NCBI GenBank assembly: GCA_041661685.1 | Contig: JBAZTY010000002.1 | Span: 29,126-93,125 of the forward strand | Length of the DNA: 64,000 nucleotides | Source of the DNA: Patescibacteria group bacterium | GTDB lineage: Bacteria; Patescibacteriota; Patescibacteriia; Patescibacteriales; UBA12465 | Direction: 5' to 3' | In this document: piece by piece, positions 16,761 through 26,944 of the stretch | How positions within the stretch are numbered: position 1 is the stretch's first letter | Layout of the letters: each line of letters starts with the position of its first letter | The notes under the pieces: generated by a model | Databases searched by the model: none | Seen by the model: the letters and a program-made list of their open reading frames with translations, nothing else | Told to the model about the DNA's origin: nothing | Position numbers and translations under genes: made by a program

Positions 16761-17351
16761 ATGCAAGCGATAATTATGATTAAAAAACAAAAAAATAAGC
16801 TGATGCCGACGCGCGCCAAAATCATCGCCATGGCCAAAAAGACTTTTGCCAAGAATGGCTACGAATTGGCGTCCATGCATCTGATTGCCGACCAGGTCGG
16901 CATTAATAAATCTTCCCTTTATTATTTTTTTAAGAATAAGGAAGATTTATTCGCTACTGTGACGCTGGATGTTTGGCAGAAGCTTTCTGACTCGGCTATC
17001 AGCAATATGAAACGTGATAACGGAAAAAACGGCCGGCAGATTTGCAGTCGAATATGCCAGGATTTTATCAGTATATCTTTAACGGCTGGAATTTCCGCCA
17101 TTCGCATGGAAATGCCGAAAAATAGCCATCCCTTCTTTAAGCAAGTATTAAAGATGATTTACGAAACACATGAGCAGAGCCTGAAGTTCTTAAAGAGATA
17201 TAACGTCAAGGACCCGCGGATTGCGCAAACTATAATTTTTAATAATCTCCATTCTTATGTCATCGGCGCGTATATGGGAAAACCTCAGCCGCCCGTGAAA
17301 CAGTATTGCGATTATCTCGCTTCTTTATTAATAAAACCGATAAATAACTAA
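16761..17351 (+). CDS. TetR/AcrR-family transcriptional regulator
   Basis: 196 aa. N-terminal HTH RAKIIAMAKKTFAKNGYELASMHLIADQVGINKSSLYYFFKNKEDLF. Confidence 0.85.
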   Translation: MQAIIMIKKQKNKLMPTRAKIIAMAKKTFAKNGYELASMHLIADQVGINKSSLYYFFKNKEDLFATVTLDVWQKLSDSAISNMKRDNGKNGRQICSRICQDFISISLTAGISAIRMEMPKNSHPFFKQVLKMIYETHEQSLKFLKRYNVKDPRIAQTIIFNNLHSYVIGAYMGKPQPPVKQYCDYLASLLIKPINN

Positions 17352-17358
17352 ATTAATT

Positions 17359-18987
17359 ATGAAATTTTCAGTAAAAAAACATTCCAATATAATCATCATC
17401 ATTACGGTTGCCGTCGTGATTGTCGCTGCTATGGCGACTCGCCTGGCCAGGAATAAAGCCGTCCAGTCATCGGAAGTCAGTTTCCAGCCGTCCGTGGAGT
17501 TGCTGGCCGTCCGTGATTATTCGCAGAATTCTCGGGCGATTTCCGCCAATGGCACCGTAGAATCTTTGCAGCAGGTTGATATAAAAAGTGAAGCCGGCGG
17601 CAAGCTTACTCAGGTTCTCGTTAAGATTGGCGATAAGGTTCGGGCCGGGCAGGTTTTAATGACCGTTGACCAGCGCGATGCGGCCGCGGCTTTAACTTCG
17701 GCGCAGGGGTCTTTTACTCAGGCGCAAGCGAATTATGACAGTATTTTGGCCGGAGCGACGGATAAAGATGTTGCCACTAACCAAGCGGCGGTCGAAGTGG
17801 TTTCTACTTCCCTCGCTAATGCCAGGCAAGATCTGTTGAATGAGGTTGTCCGGGCTAAGAGCGAAGCCGAGACGGTCGTTCTGACTAATACTAATAATCT
17901 TTTCAATAATCCGCAATCATCTTCTCCGAAGTTCGTTATCGCTGATACGGTCCAATGGAACGGACAGACCGACAGTATAGAAAGCAAGAGAGTGGCGATA
18001 AACGGCCTATGGGAACAATGGCAGGCAGAGGTTTCTTCTGCTTCAGTAAACAATATCGAAGAAAAAACCGCAGCTTCTTTAGAACACCTCTCTTTTATAA
18101 GCGGGTATCTCGGCGATATCATAACCACTCTGTCGACGTATACTATCAGCAGCTCTGATGCCGCGAAAGCGGTTGTCGCCAGCGATCAAGCTATAGTTGT
18201 CGGAGCCAAGACTAAGATTGATGCGTTAATTACGACTATCAATAATTATAACCAGGCCGTTAAAAGCTCGGAGTCGTCGCTTAATCAGGCGTCCGCCTCT
18301 CTGGCTTTGAAGCAAGCTCCGGCCAAAGCGACCGATATCAAATCCGCCCAGGCGCAAGTATTAATCGCTCAAAGCCGCTGGCAAGCCGCTCAAGCCGCTT
18401 ATGAAAAAACTGCGATCAAAACCCCTTTTAGCGGGATAATCACGGCTTTGCCGGTAAAATATAGCGACTTCATCACTTCTGGGCAAAAAGTAGCCTCCGT
18501 AGTCAATGAGGAAAGCGGCCTGCAAGTAAAAGTTTTTGTCAGCGGCGCCGACTTGCCGTTGATTTCTAATAATATCCCTGTCCAGATTGGCGAAGCTCAA
18601 ATTGCCGGAATCGTTACTAATTTTGCTCCGAGCGTTGATGCGACGACGCGGACGGCCGAAGTCAATATCGCTGTTTCCGATCCGGAAAAATCCGGCTTGA
18701 TAATTGGACAGAATGTTTCTGTAGATATTCTTGGGACCGACGGCGCCGCTGTTTCCAACTCTTATATAATTCCGATTCAATCCGTGCGGTTTACTGATGG
18801 GAAAGCGGTCGTTTATATAATAGATGGCGATCAAAAAGCGCAGGAAGTTGCCGTTACAGCCGGACAGGTCAGCGGAGAAAATGTTGAAATTACCAGCGGA
18901 CTGGCTGATGATATGAAGATAGCCGCGAATGCTTATGATATTTCAGCCGGCCAAAAAATCCAGATAATCGGCGCTGATCAAAATTAA
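17359..18987 (+). CDS. Efflux periplasmic adaptor (HlyD/MFP family), unusually long
   Basis: 542 aa. N-terminal TM, lipoyl-like GKLTQVLVKIGDKVRAGQVLMTVD, long alpha-hairpin region, beta-barrel C-terminus. Located between the TetR and RND genes. Confidence 0.75.
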   Translation: MKFSVKKHSNIIIIITVAVVIVAAMATRLARNKAVQSSEVSFQPSVELLAVRDYSQNSRAISANGTVESLQQVDIKSEAGGKLTQVLVKIGDKVRAGQVLMTVDQRDAAAALTSAQGSFTQAQANYDSILAGATDKDVATNQAAVEVVSTSLANARQDLLNEVVRAKSEAETVVLTNTNNLFNNPQSSSPKFVIADTVQWNGQTDSIESKRVAINGLWEQWQAEVSSASVNNIEEKTAASLEHLSFISGYLGDIITTLSTYTISSSDAAKAVVASDQAIVVGAKTKIDALITTINNYNQAVKSSESSLNQASASLALKQAPAKATDIKSAQAQVLIAQSRWQAAQAAYEKTAIKTPFSGIITALPVKYSDFITSGQKVASVVNEESGLQVKVFVSGADLPLISNNIPVQIGEAQIAGIVTNFAPSVDATTRTAEVNIAVSDPEKSGLIIGQNVSVDILGTDGAAVSNSYIIPIQSVRFTDGKAVVYIIDGDQKAQEVAVTAGQVSGENVEITSGLADDMKIAANAYDISAGQKIQIIGADQN

Positions 18988-18997
18988 TTAATTTTTT

Positions 18998-21900
18998 ATG
19001 CAAGATCAAAAACAAAAAAGCTCCGAACAGCTTTATCTGGGGAAGCTGGATTTTGAACCGCAATTGAAAAAAAGCTGGATGAATTATTTTGTCAGTAATT
19101 TCCGGTCGGTTGTCTTGATTATCCTGCTCTTATCCGCCGCCGGCTTATATGCTTTTTTTGCGCTGCCGCGAGAATCCTATCCGGAAGTAGAAATTCCTAT
19201 CGCCGTGGTGGTCACTACTTTGCCGGGAGCTTCTCCTGAAGATGTCGAAGAACTGGTGACTAAAAAGATAGAAACACAGATTGCCGGGCTCAAGGATCTG
19301 GATAAAGTGACCTCGAATTCTTCCAATTCTGTTTCCAGTATCACCGTAGAATTCAGCACCAAGGCCGACATGTCGGAATCCATCCGCAGCCTGCGCGATA
19401 AGGTAGCTAGCGCCAAAGTTGATCTGCCCGCCGATGCCAACGAATCTATCGTTAAGGAAATATCGCTTGATGATCAGCCGGTCTTAGAAGTAGCTATTAC
19501 CGGTCCTTATGACGGTTTCACGATGTATAAATATGCCGAGACACTTGAAGACGAAATGAAAAAGATTTCCGGTATTCGCGAGGTGAACATTTCCGGCGGA
19601 GACGAGAAAGAATATCAGGTCGCTTATCATCCTGATAAATTATTGGCTTACGGCGTTTCGGCTAATCAAGCCAATGCCGCTATCGCCGCCGCTAATATTA
19701 CTATTCCGGCCGGTACGTTTGATGCGGAAAAATATCAATATTCTATCAAGACAGATTCGCGGGTGTACTCGGCGGCCGCTATCGCTAAGATTCCCGCTAG
19801 TTATACCGCTGATGGGCGGGTAATAGCTATCGGCGATCTAGCCGATGTCACGGTCGCTACTATCAAGAAAAGCACCTTGGCGAGATTGTCGACCGGCGGC
19901 TCCGAGCCTGGCAATGCTATCACGCTGTCAGCCGTTAAGCGTACCGGGGCTTCAATCCTGGAAGTCGTCGATCAGACCAAGAGCACGATCGACGCGACGG
20001 TAAAAACTTTCAATGCCGGGGTTAATTATGAGATTACCCAAGACGGCGCTGAAGAAGTGAACAAAAGTTTCAATCAGTTAGAGCATGATATGCTGCTGAC
20101 TCTCCTGTTGGTATTCGGCGTTCTTTTCCTTATCGTCGGCCCTAAGGAAGCTTTGATTGCCGGGTTATCTATCCCGTTGATATTTTTCGGCACTTTTTTC
20201 GTCTTGCTGAATCTCAATATATCTTTGAATTTCATTTCTCTCTTTTCTCTTATTTTGGCTTTAGGCCTCTTGGTGGACGACGCTATCGTGGTGGTTTCCG
20301 CTACCAAGCAATATCTGCGTACCGGCAGGTTTACTCCGGAGGAAGCCGTGCTTTTAGTGCTTAAAGATTTTCGAGTCGTGCTGGCCACCACCACCCTAGT
20401 CACTATTTGGGCTTTCTTGCCGCTACTTACTTCTACCGGGATAATCGGGCAATTCATCAAAGCTTTGCCGATAACAGTCTCAGTGACTTTAGCTATTTCA
20501 TTTTTGGTGGCCTTAACGATCAACGCTCCTTTAGCGGCGATATTGGAACGCGTCCGCCTGACAAAAAAATTATTTTATCTTTTGGAAGGATTAATGATTT
20601 TAACCATCGGCATATTGATTTATGCTGGCGGTTGGATTTGCTATGCGATTGCCGCCGTGACCCTTATTATTGGAATATTAGCAGCTCGGTGGTATGAAGG
20701 TGCCGGCAAGGACAAATTAGAGGCTAACGGAGAGCTCGTCATCCGGGAACGGAAAGATGATCAGCTTATCAAGGATAATGTTAAACATTTGGAAGACCAC
20801 GACAGCGCCAGCTTTAAGAGCCGGATAATGCACGGCATCTTGCAATTAGATAGGCTTCTGCCTCTCTATGAACGTTATCTGCGCCAGCTTCTGGCTACGA
20901 AGAAGAAGCGGGTGGCGGCCGTCGTGGTTACTGTCGCCGCACTCATCTTTGCCGTATTGTTGCCGATTACTGGTATTGTCAGAAGCGAATTTTTTCCAGT
21001 GGAAGATACCGACTATATTTACATAGATATCACCGCCCCCACCGGACTTACTTTGGCGGAAACAGACAAGATCGTGCAGCAAGTGGAGCAGAGAATGCTC
21101 AGGTATGAGGAAATTGCCAAGTTCACGACCGTTACTGGCGCGGTCAGTTCGCAATCCCAGAACTCCGCAGCTGACAATACGGCCGCTATCAGCATTACGC
21201 TCAAGCCCGAGAAAGAAAGAGGAAAAGAATCTTTCTATCTGATGGATATGATGCGCCAAGATTTAAGCGATATCAAAAGCGCTAAGATCGAGGTTTCGGC
21301 CGCCAGTGGCGGAATGCCGTCCGGCGCGGCCTTCCAAGCGCAGGTCAGCGGCGACGATCTCGCGGTTCTCGGAAAAATAGCCGCTGATTTGCAGAGCCAG
21401 CTGGTCCAGATACCAGGCGTAGTTAGTCCTAATATTTCTTTGAAGGACACTGCTCCGCAATATACTTTCAAACTTGATCCGGTTAAGCTGGCGCAGAATA
21501 ATCTTAATTCTTCTTATGTCGGTTCAGTTTTGCGTATGGCTTTAGCTGGCACGGAGATCAGCAGCATTATCGAAGATAATAAGGAGGTGAAGATAATCGC
21601 CACGTTTGCCTCGGAAAATATTCCCAATCTGACTTCTATACAGAATTTACAGATCGTCAATGCGTCCGGGCGTCCGGTGTTCTTAAAAGATTTGGCCACT
21701 ATAGAATTAAATCCTGGCGTGAGTAAGATCGAACATATTGATCAGAAGCGTACTGTTGTTTTGACGGCGAACGTCAATATTCAGACTAACTCTACCTTGG
21801 TTTTGGCTGACTTCCAGAAACGTATCGCTAGCTATCAGTTCCCGCAAGGTTATTCTATTTCTTACGGGGGGGAGAATGAACAGAGCCAGGAATCCCAGCA

Positions 21901-22381
21901 ATCGATCATGATCGCCATGGCTATCGCTATCATACTAATAATGATTACTTTGGTCATCCAGTTCAATTCTTTCCGCAAGATGTTCATCGTATTGGCAGCC
22001 ATCCCGATGTCCCTTATCGGGGTATTTATCGGCCTGGGGTTGGCTGGCGTGACTCTGAGCTTCCCGGGGCTGATTGGAGTCTTGGCATTATTCGGCATCG
22101 TAGTGAAGAACGCAATCATGCTGGTAGACAAGATCGATCTTAATCTGAAAAGCGGTATCGGATTTCTAGATTCTATAGTCGATGCCGGGAAGTCTCGCTT
22201 GGAAGCTATCTTCATCACTTCTATCTGCACTATCTTCGGGCTATTGCCGATCACGCTGTCCAATCCGGTCTGGGTCTCCCTAGGAAGCGTAATTATTTTC
22301 GGCCTCGCTCTTTCTTCTTTTATGACGCTTTTTATGGTTCCGGTGCTGTTTTATATGGGCGTCCCCAAGGAAGACAAATAA
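18998..22381 (+). CDS. RND-family efflux permease (AcrB/HAE-like)
   Basis: 1127 aa. Two 6-TM bundles with large external loops. LALGLLVDDAIVV and GIVVKNAIMLVD motifs. Confidence 0.9.
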   Translation: MQDQKQKSSEQLYLGKLDFEPQLKKSWMNYFVSNFRSVVLIILLLSAAGLYAFFALPRESYPEVEIPIAVVVTTLPGASPEDVEELVTKKIETQIAGLKDLDKVTSNSSNSVSSITVEFSTKADMSESIRSLRDKVASAKVDLPADANESIVKEISLDDQPVLEVAITGPYDGFTMYKYAETLEDEMKKISGIREVNISGGDEKEYQVAYHPDKLLAYGVSANQANAAIAAANITIPAGTFDAEKYQYSIKTDSRVYSAAAIAKIPASYTADGRVIAIGDLADVTVATIKKSTLARLSTGGSEPGNAITLSAVKRTGASILEVVDQTKSTIDATVKTFNAGVNYEITQDGAEEVNKSFNQLEHDMLLTLLLVFGVLFLIVGPKEALIAGLSIPLIFFGTFFVLLNLNISLNFISLFSLILALGLLVDDAIVVVSATKQYLRTGRFTPEEAVLLVLKDFRVVLATTTLVTIWAFLPLLTSTGIIGQFIKALPITVSVTLAISFLVALTINAPLAAILERVRLTKKLFYLLEGLMILTIGILIYAGGWICYAIAAVTLIIGILAARWYEGAGKDKLEANGELVIRERKDDQLIKDNVKHLEDHDSASFKSRIMHGILQLDRLLPLYERYLRQLLATKKKRVAAVVVTVAALIFAVLLPITGIVRSEFFPVEDTDYIYIDITAPTGLTLAETDKIVQQVEQRMLRYEEIAKFTTVTGAVSSQSQNSAADNTAAISITLKPEKERGKESFYLMDMMRQDLSDIKSAKIEVSAASGGMPSGAAFQAQVSGDDLAVLGKIAADLQSQLVQIPGVVSPNISLKDTAPQYTFKLDPVKLAQNNLNSSYVGSVLRMALAGTEISSIIEDNKEVKIIATFASENIPNLTSIQNLQIVNASGRPVFLKDLATIELNPGVSKIEHIDQKRTVVLTANVNIQTNSTLVLADFQKRIASYQFPQGYSISYGGENEQSQESQQSIMIAMAIAIILIMITLVIQFNSFRKMFIVLAAIPMSLIGVFIGLGLAGVTLSFPGLIGVLALFGIVVKNAIMLVDKIDLNLKSGIGFLDSIVDAGKSRLEAIFITSICTIFGLLPITLSNPVWVSLGSVIIFGLALSSFMTLFMVPVLFYMGVPKEDK

Positions 22382-22405
22382 TTTAATCCGATCTTGTTAT
22401 GAAAT

Positions 22406-22434
22406 AAAAAACAACCCGGCTAGGGTTGTTTTTA
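22406..22434. terminator. Bidirectional intrinsic terminator
   Basis: Stem ACAACCC / GGGTTGT, loop GGCTA, A-run before and T-run after. Lies between convergent genes. Confidence 0.7.
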
Positions 22435-22458
22435 ATGGGGATACATATCGGCAGCTTT

Positions 22459-23436
22459 CTATTTATCAAATTTTAAATGATATTCTTTAGGCGCGGATTC
22501 GCGCTCGACTATCTCTTTCCATCCCGAGTCTATGTCTGAAACCCTCTTGATCTTTCCCTCATGCCGGCAGAGCGGATCGACTATCCGCGATTTGCAGAAT
22601 ATCCTAGATTCATAATCATCTTTGTCGTTTTTGAAACCGACTTTATTATTCATCTTATCGAACAGCAATTCCAATTTTTGATCAGTGGATAGATGCGATT
22701 TTATCTTTGCTAACACTTCCTCATCGGTCGTATATAAGTCATTCTCGGTTATATATCCCTGTTTAAGCGCATAACGCAAGCAATCCCCGACAGTCTTCAT
22801 CATAGCGGCCGTCGGCAGGCCGGCGTAATAGACGCTGTTAAGCTTCCAGAAAAGTTCGGCATATTTTTTGGCGCTAGCAAAATCTTTGAAGATCCAGCGG
22901 TTATTTTCAGTCTCTAGATTATCAAGAAAATATTGTCCGTCTTCGATTTCCTTGAAGACAATCGCCCCTCTCAGGGAATAATCGATCCGGTCAGCGCATA
23001 AGTCCGGCAATTTCGTTTCTTTAAGGGGGAAGTTGGCATCATCGATTATGAAGTCAGGGCTAAAGTTATATTTTTTGAGAATTTCCGGAATCTCTGATTG
23101 TTTGATGAAGTCTGCAAAGATATTGTCTTGATGATTATGCTCTTTCTGCGAGCCGGCATCGAGGACATAATCTATGCAATGAGAAAAAGCCGCATGAGAG
23201 GCGTCATGAATCAGTCCGGCAATCTGTTCTTCAAGCGTTGCTCCAAATTTTTTTAAAAGTAGGTAAACGCCCAGGGAATGTTCAAAACGAGAGTGGGCGC
23301 AGCCGGGAACGTGAGGTTCAAAATATCCGCCTTGATCAATCCCTTTCAATCTCTGAATGGTCGGGCAGGCGATCAGCTCCAGTATGACCGGTTCATCTAT
23401 CTCAATATTGCCGTATAATCTGTCTTCGTAAAGCAT
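22459..23436 (-). CDS. HD-domain phosphohydrolase (COG1078-like, dNTP-triphosphohydrolase-related family)
   Basis: 325 aa. YGNIEIDEPVILELIACPTIQRLKGIDQ, RFEHSLGVYLL and GLIHDASHAAFSH form the H...HD...D metal site. Confidence 0.75.
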   Translation of the reverse strand: MLYEDRLYGNIEIDEPVILELIACPTIQRLKGIDQGGYFEPHVPGCAHSRFEHSLGVYLLLKKFGATLEEQIAGLIHDASHAAFSHCIDYVLDAGSQKEHNHQDNIFADFIKQSEIPEILKKYNFSPDFIIDDANFPLKETKLPDLCADRIDYSLRGAIVFKEIEDGQYFLDNLETENNRWIFKDFASAKKYAELFWKLNSVYYAGLPTAAMMKTVGDCLRYALKQGYITENDLYTTDEEVLAKIKSHLSTDQKLELLFDKMNNKVGFKNDKDDYESRIFCKSRIVDPLCRHEGKIKRVSDIDSGWKEIVERESAPKEYHLKFDK

Positions 23437-23462
23437 AATTATTAGTCAGTCTTCCAGTCTTG

Positions 23463-23550
23463 CGGAGACGAGAGGATTCGAACCCCTGATACCCTTTCGG
23501 GTATACCGCATTTCGAGTGCGGCGCATTCAACCAGCTCTGCCACGTCTCC
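23463..23550 (-). tRNA. tRNA-Ser (anticodon CGA)
   Basis: Reverse strand. Acceptor GGAGACG/CGTCTCC. Anticodon arm CCGCA-CTCGAAA-TGCGG. 18-nt variable arm TATACCCGAAAGGGTATC. T-loop TTCGAAT. 88 nt. Confidence 0.9.
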
Positions 23551-23563
23551 TTTTGTATGAAAA

Positions 23564-23878
23564 TTATTTCATCAGCGCCATTATCGAGAATGTCAGGATC
23601 ACTAAGACGAATAAGCTCAGGCCGGTATAGATTAGGAGCTTTACGCCTTCCTTTTTCTGACCGTCCAGATAGAGCATGATCGGCCTTCCCAAGACCAAGC
23701 CGCTGGTTACTAAGGCGGAGAGGACGAATAACAGCAGGACGGCGACGGGCGTGATGGCGGTATCCTTTTCGCCGAAGATTTTTGAGCCATGATTCATTAT
23801 CAGCGACACCAGAAAGACATAGACGGCGACGCCCAAGGAATTCAGGATCGCGATCATTATTAATTTAGAATTTTTCAT
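23564..23878 (-). CDS. Small membrane protein (3 TM), unknown function
   Basis: 104 aa, almost entirely hydrophobic helices. Confidence 0.5.
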   Translation of the reverse strand: MKNSKLIMIAILNSLGVAVYVFLVSLIMNHGSKIFGEKDTAITPVAVLLLFVLSALVTSGLVLGRPIMLYLDGQKKEGVKLLIYTGLSLFVLVILTFSIMALMK

Positions 23879-23896
23879 ATGATTTATGAATAGTTA

Positions 23897-24649
23897 TTAA
23901 AATCTTTTAACTTGTTTGCGCTGCGGCCTTTCGTCTTTCTCGGTCAAGCGCTTCAATTTCTCAACTTCTTCCTTGCTGAGATAAGTCCAAGTGCCTTCTT
24001 TCAGTATCCCTATGCCTAGGCCCGCTAGGCCGATTCTTTGCAGATCGATGACTTTGAGGCCGATCCAGTCGAACATGCGCCGGATCTGCCGCTTCTTTCC
24101 TTCCGTTAAGGTTATTATAAAAACGCGATCTTGTAAATATTTGACGCTCTTGATTCGAGCGGTGCCGTCGCCCTCGCCGATATCGATGCCTTTCATGAGC
24201 TTATTCATCACCGCTTGCGGGCTCTTAACTTCCTCGCGGACCTTAACCTCATACATTTTTTCATGCTGGAACTTAGGATGCGCTAGGCGCTGAGCCAGGT
24301 CGCCGTCGTTAGTCAATAGGATCAATCCATGGCTGTCTTTATCCAGGCGCCCAACCGTAAATAGGCGTTCTGGAATATCAATAAGATCAAAGATATTTTT
24401 TTCTCCTTTGAAGCTTTTGTTGGTACAAGTATAATCTAGCGGCTTATTGAGTTTTATATAAATCTTCTTTTCCGGGCCGGGCAGGCTTTTCCCCTTGATA
24501 GTGATATTGTCTTTTTCCGGATCGGCTTGATCGCCGATGGTCGCCATCTCGCCGTTAACGCGGACGAAGCTGGCGCGTATCAGTTCGTCGGCTTTGCGCC
24601 GGGAACAATATCCGCTCGTGGCGATCGCTTTCTGCAGGATCATTTTCAT
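23897..24649 (-). CDS. Pseudouridine synthase, RsuA/RluB family
   Basis: 250 aa. N-terminal S4 domain (LQKAIATSGYCSRRKADELI), catalytic GRLDKDSHGLILLTNDG, C-terminal basic tail. Confidence 0.85.
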   Translation of the reverse strand: MKMILQKAIATSGYCSRRKADELIRASFVRVNGEMATIGDQADPEKDNITIKGKSLPGPEKKIYIKLNKPLDYTCTNKSFKGEKNIFDLIDIPERLFTVGRLDKDSHGLILLTNDGDLAQRLAHPKFQHEKMYEVKVREEVKSPQAVMNKLMKGIDIGEGDGTARIKSVKYLQDRVFIITLTEGKKRQIRRMFDWIGLKVIDLQRIGLAGLGIGILKEGTWTYLSKEEVEKLKRLTEKDERPQRKQVKRF

Positions 24650-24650
24650 A

Positions 24651-26048
24651 TTATTTTTTGTTCATTCGATGAATTAGGTCTAGGGCCGCGCCCAAGGCGA
24701 GCATTATCCAGAACATGGCGGCTAAATCATTCTTGAAATAAGGCACATCTACCGATCCGTGGACGATAATCGCTATCATAGCCGCGAATAATCCGAGAGC
24801 GATATATTTATCCGTGTCTTTTTCTTTTTTTAATTTTTGGCTCACTCTAAAAGTTAAAAATAGATATTTCCCGATTATCCAGATAAATAGCAAAGCGCCG
24901 GCTAGACCCAGTTCGCTCCAGAAATTTAAGAAGATGTTATGGGGATAGAGATAAATTTCGGTCGGCTGCCAATACTTGGCGCGCATCTCGGCGCTAGCCC
25001 GCAGCTGAGCGTCGAAGTCGGGAAGATTATCGCTGTTATAGAAAATACCTTCCTGGTGATACGGCTTGATAGCCGCTTGATAGCCGCTTAAGCCCGCGCC
25101 GCTGATAAGGCGGGAGTCATTCAACATCTTTAAAGTTTCTTTCCATTGCTGCTGGCGGATGCTGCCGGATAAGTCGCTTAAAGTTGCTTTTTCAATGATC
25201 AGATTTCTGGCCGGAGCATAAGCATACGCGCCGCCGCCGATGAGCAGAGCCAACCCCAGGACCGCTATTCTGGATTTCTTGCCGGCGAATAATCCGAAGA
25301 TGAAGAAGCCGGCGGCTAGACCGATCAAAGCGCCTTCAGATTTGGCGAAATAGATAGCCAAGATCGAAATTATTATAGTCAGGACTAAGAATATCTTCTT
25401 TTCTCTGTCATGAAACAATACTCCATCTTCCCAGTTCAGGGAAGCTAGCCAGCCGCTCATGATTATCACGAGAGGAGCGAGGTATAGGCCGACGGCATTA
25501 GGATAACCGAAGAAAGAGACGACGCGCCGCGTTTCTGTTGCCGCCCAAAAAGGATTGGAGATAAATAATCCGGTAACCTGCTGGAAGACGGCGAAGAGGG
25601 AAACGGCGGCGGCGGAGATAGCAAAAGCGCCCAGTATCCTTAGCCAACTCTTCTTATCTTGGAAGACATTGAATAATAAGATGAAAAGCAGAGCCGGTTC
25701 AAAGAAGTAGGCTTTCCAGATTCCCAGAGCGCTAGCGCTCCAGCCAGCCGTGCCGACAGCGTAGAGAGAAATGAGCAGCATCAAGATTATTTCTATTGAG
25801 TAGGGATAATTCATTCGAGCGCCTTTATCTCTTATGAGTTTTTTTAATCCAGGGATGAAGAATTTGAAGAACCAGGCGCCGAAAGCTACAAAAATAATTA
25901 TTTCTAGAAAAGTCAGCGGCAGTCCGAAGATATTGAAGCGGATGAGATAGGTCGGCAGAGCGGCGATAATAACCAAAACTGCCCAATCTAGCCGGGTTAA
26001 GGCTAGACCTAGGAAGAGGATAGCAGCAATGATGATCATTAGTGTCAT
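24651..26048 (-). CDS. O-antigen ligase/polymerase-like (Wzy_C) membrane protein
   Basis: 465 aa, more than 10 TM. The external loop and the motif around HNIFLNFWSELGLAGALLF are typical of the O-antigen ligase family. Confidence 0.65.
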   Translation of the reverse strand: MTLMIIIAAILFLGLALTRLDWAVLVIIAALPTYLIRFNIFGLPLTFLEIIIFVAFGAWFFKFFIPGLKKLIRDKGARMNYPYSIEIILMLLISLYAVGTAGWSASALGIWKAYFFEPALLFILLFNVFQDKKSWLRILGAFAISAAAVSLFAVFQQVTGLFISNPFWAATETRRVVSFFGYPNAVGLYLAPLVIIMSGWLASLNWEDGVLFHDREKKIFLVLTIIISILAIYFAKSEGALIGLAAGFFIFGLFAGKKSRIAVLGLALLIGGGAYAYAPARNLIIEKATLSDLSGSIRQQQWKETLKMLNDSRLISGAGLSGYQAAIKPYHQEGIFYNSDNLPDFDAQLRASAEMRAKYWQPTEIYLYPHNIFLNFWSELGLAGALLFIWIIGKYLFLTFRVSQKLKKEKDTDKYIALGLFAAMIAIIVHGSVDVPYFKNDLAAMFWIMLALGAALDLIHRMNKK

Positions 26049-26097
26049 ATACGCTTATTATATCATCAGGAGCTTAAACAAACAAAAGCTGCCTGAC

Positions 26098-26129
26098 TAA
26101 AAAACCGCTCCCGTTCGGGAGCAGTTTTT
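26098..26129. terminator. Intrinsic terminator downstream of efp
   Basis: Stem GCTCCC / GGGAGC, loop GTTC. A-run upstream and T-run downstream. Confidence 0.65.
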
Positions 26130-26137
26130 GAGTATGT

Positions 26138-26698
26138 TTAGTTGGCTCTTTCGACGTATTCTCCGGTATCGGTATTGATGCGGATCATGTCGCCTTCGTC
26201 GATAAACATCGGGACATTAATCTTGGCGCCAGTCTCGATCTCTACCTGTTTATTGACGTTGCCGGCAGAATTGCCTTTTACTCCCGGAGGAGCGCTGACG
26301 ACTTTGAAATCCATCTTGATAGGCAGACTGATAGAAACCGGACGGCTCTCGAAATATAAGACATCGACATCGACGCCTTCTTTCAAGAATTGAGCCGGTT
26401 CGCCGATTTCTTCCAGGGGCAGATTAAACTGTTCAAAGCTGATATTGTCCATGAAGTAGGCTTCTTCTTTATCCTTGTACATGAAGTTAGCTTTCTTGGT
26501 TTCGGTTTCCGCCTCTTCAGCCTTTTCCGCTCCTTGGTAAGTCCTCTCGAGGATATTGCCGTTAATAAGATTGCGGCATTTTATCTTTAAGACTGCGCCG
26601 CCGCGACCCATCTTATGATGATCGGTCTTGATGATGATGAACGGCTCGCTGTTGACTTTAATGACCTTACCGGTCTTAATCTCGTTAAAATTCAACAT
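26138..26698 (-). CDS. efp: Elongation factor P
   Basis: 186 aa. FNEIKTGKVIKVNSEPFIIIKTDHHKMGRGGAVLKIKCRNLING matches the EF-P N-terminal KOW domain. Confidence 0.9.
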   Translation of the reverse strand: MLNFNEIKTGKVIKVNSEPFIIIKTDHHKMGRGGAVLKIKCRNLINGNILERTYQGAEKAEEAETETKKANFMYKDKEEAYFMDNISFEQFNLPLEEIGEPAQFLKEGVDVDVLYFESRPVSISLPIKMDFKVVSAPPGVKGNSAGNVNKQVEIETGAKINVPMFIDEGDMIRINTDTGEYVERAN

Positions 26699-26715
26699 AA
26701 GTTTTAGAAGCTAGT

Positions 26716-26928
26716 TTATTTATGAGTCGCGGACAAGAGCGCCATGACGCGGGAGCGTTTGACGGCCTCGGATAATTTTCTCTGGTGCCAAGCGCAAACG
26801 CCAGTGCGGGCGCCCGGGAGTATCTTCATGTAGAAGTTGACGAAGCGGCGTAAAGTGCGAGTATCTTTATAGTCAACTTCGAGATTGTTGACGCAGAAAT
26901 AACATTCTTTAGTTTTTTTGTTAGTCAT
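26716..26928 (-). CDS. rpsR: 30S ribosomal protein S18
   Basis: 70 aa. CYFC...VDYKDTRTLRRF...KILPGARTGVCAWHQRKLSEAVKRSR. Confidence 0.9.
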   Translation of the reverse strand: MTNKKTKECYFCVNNLEVDYKDTRTLRRFVNFYMKILPGARTGVCAWHQRKLSEAVKRSRVMALLSATHK

Positions 26929-26944
26929 AATTTTATTATTTTAT

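Noticed and set aside
22459-23436. The HD-domain phosphohydrolase as an anti-phage dNTP-depletion defence gene
   Set aside because: The family also includes housekeeping nucleotide hydrolases. The gene has normal composition and sits among core genes and a tRNA. There is no defence-island context.
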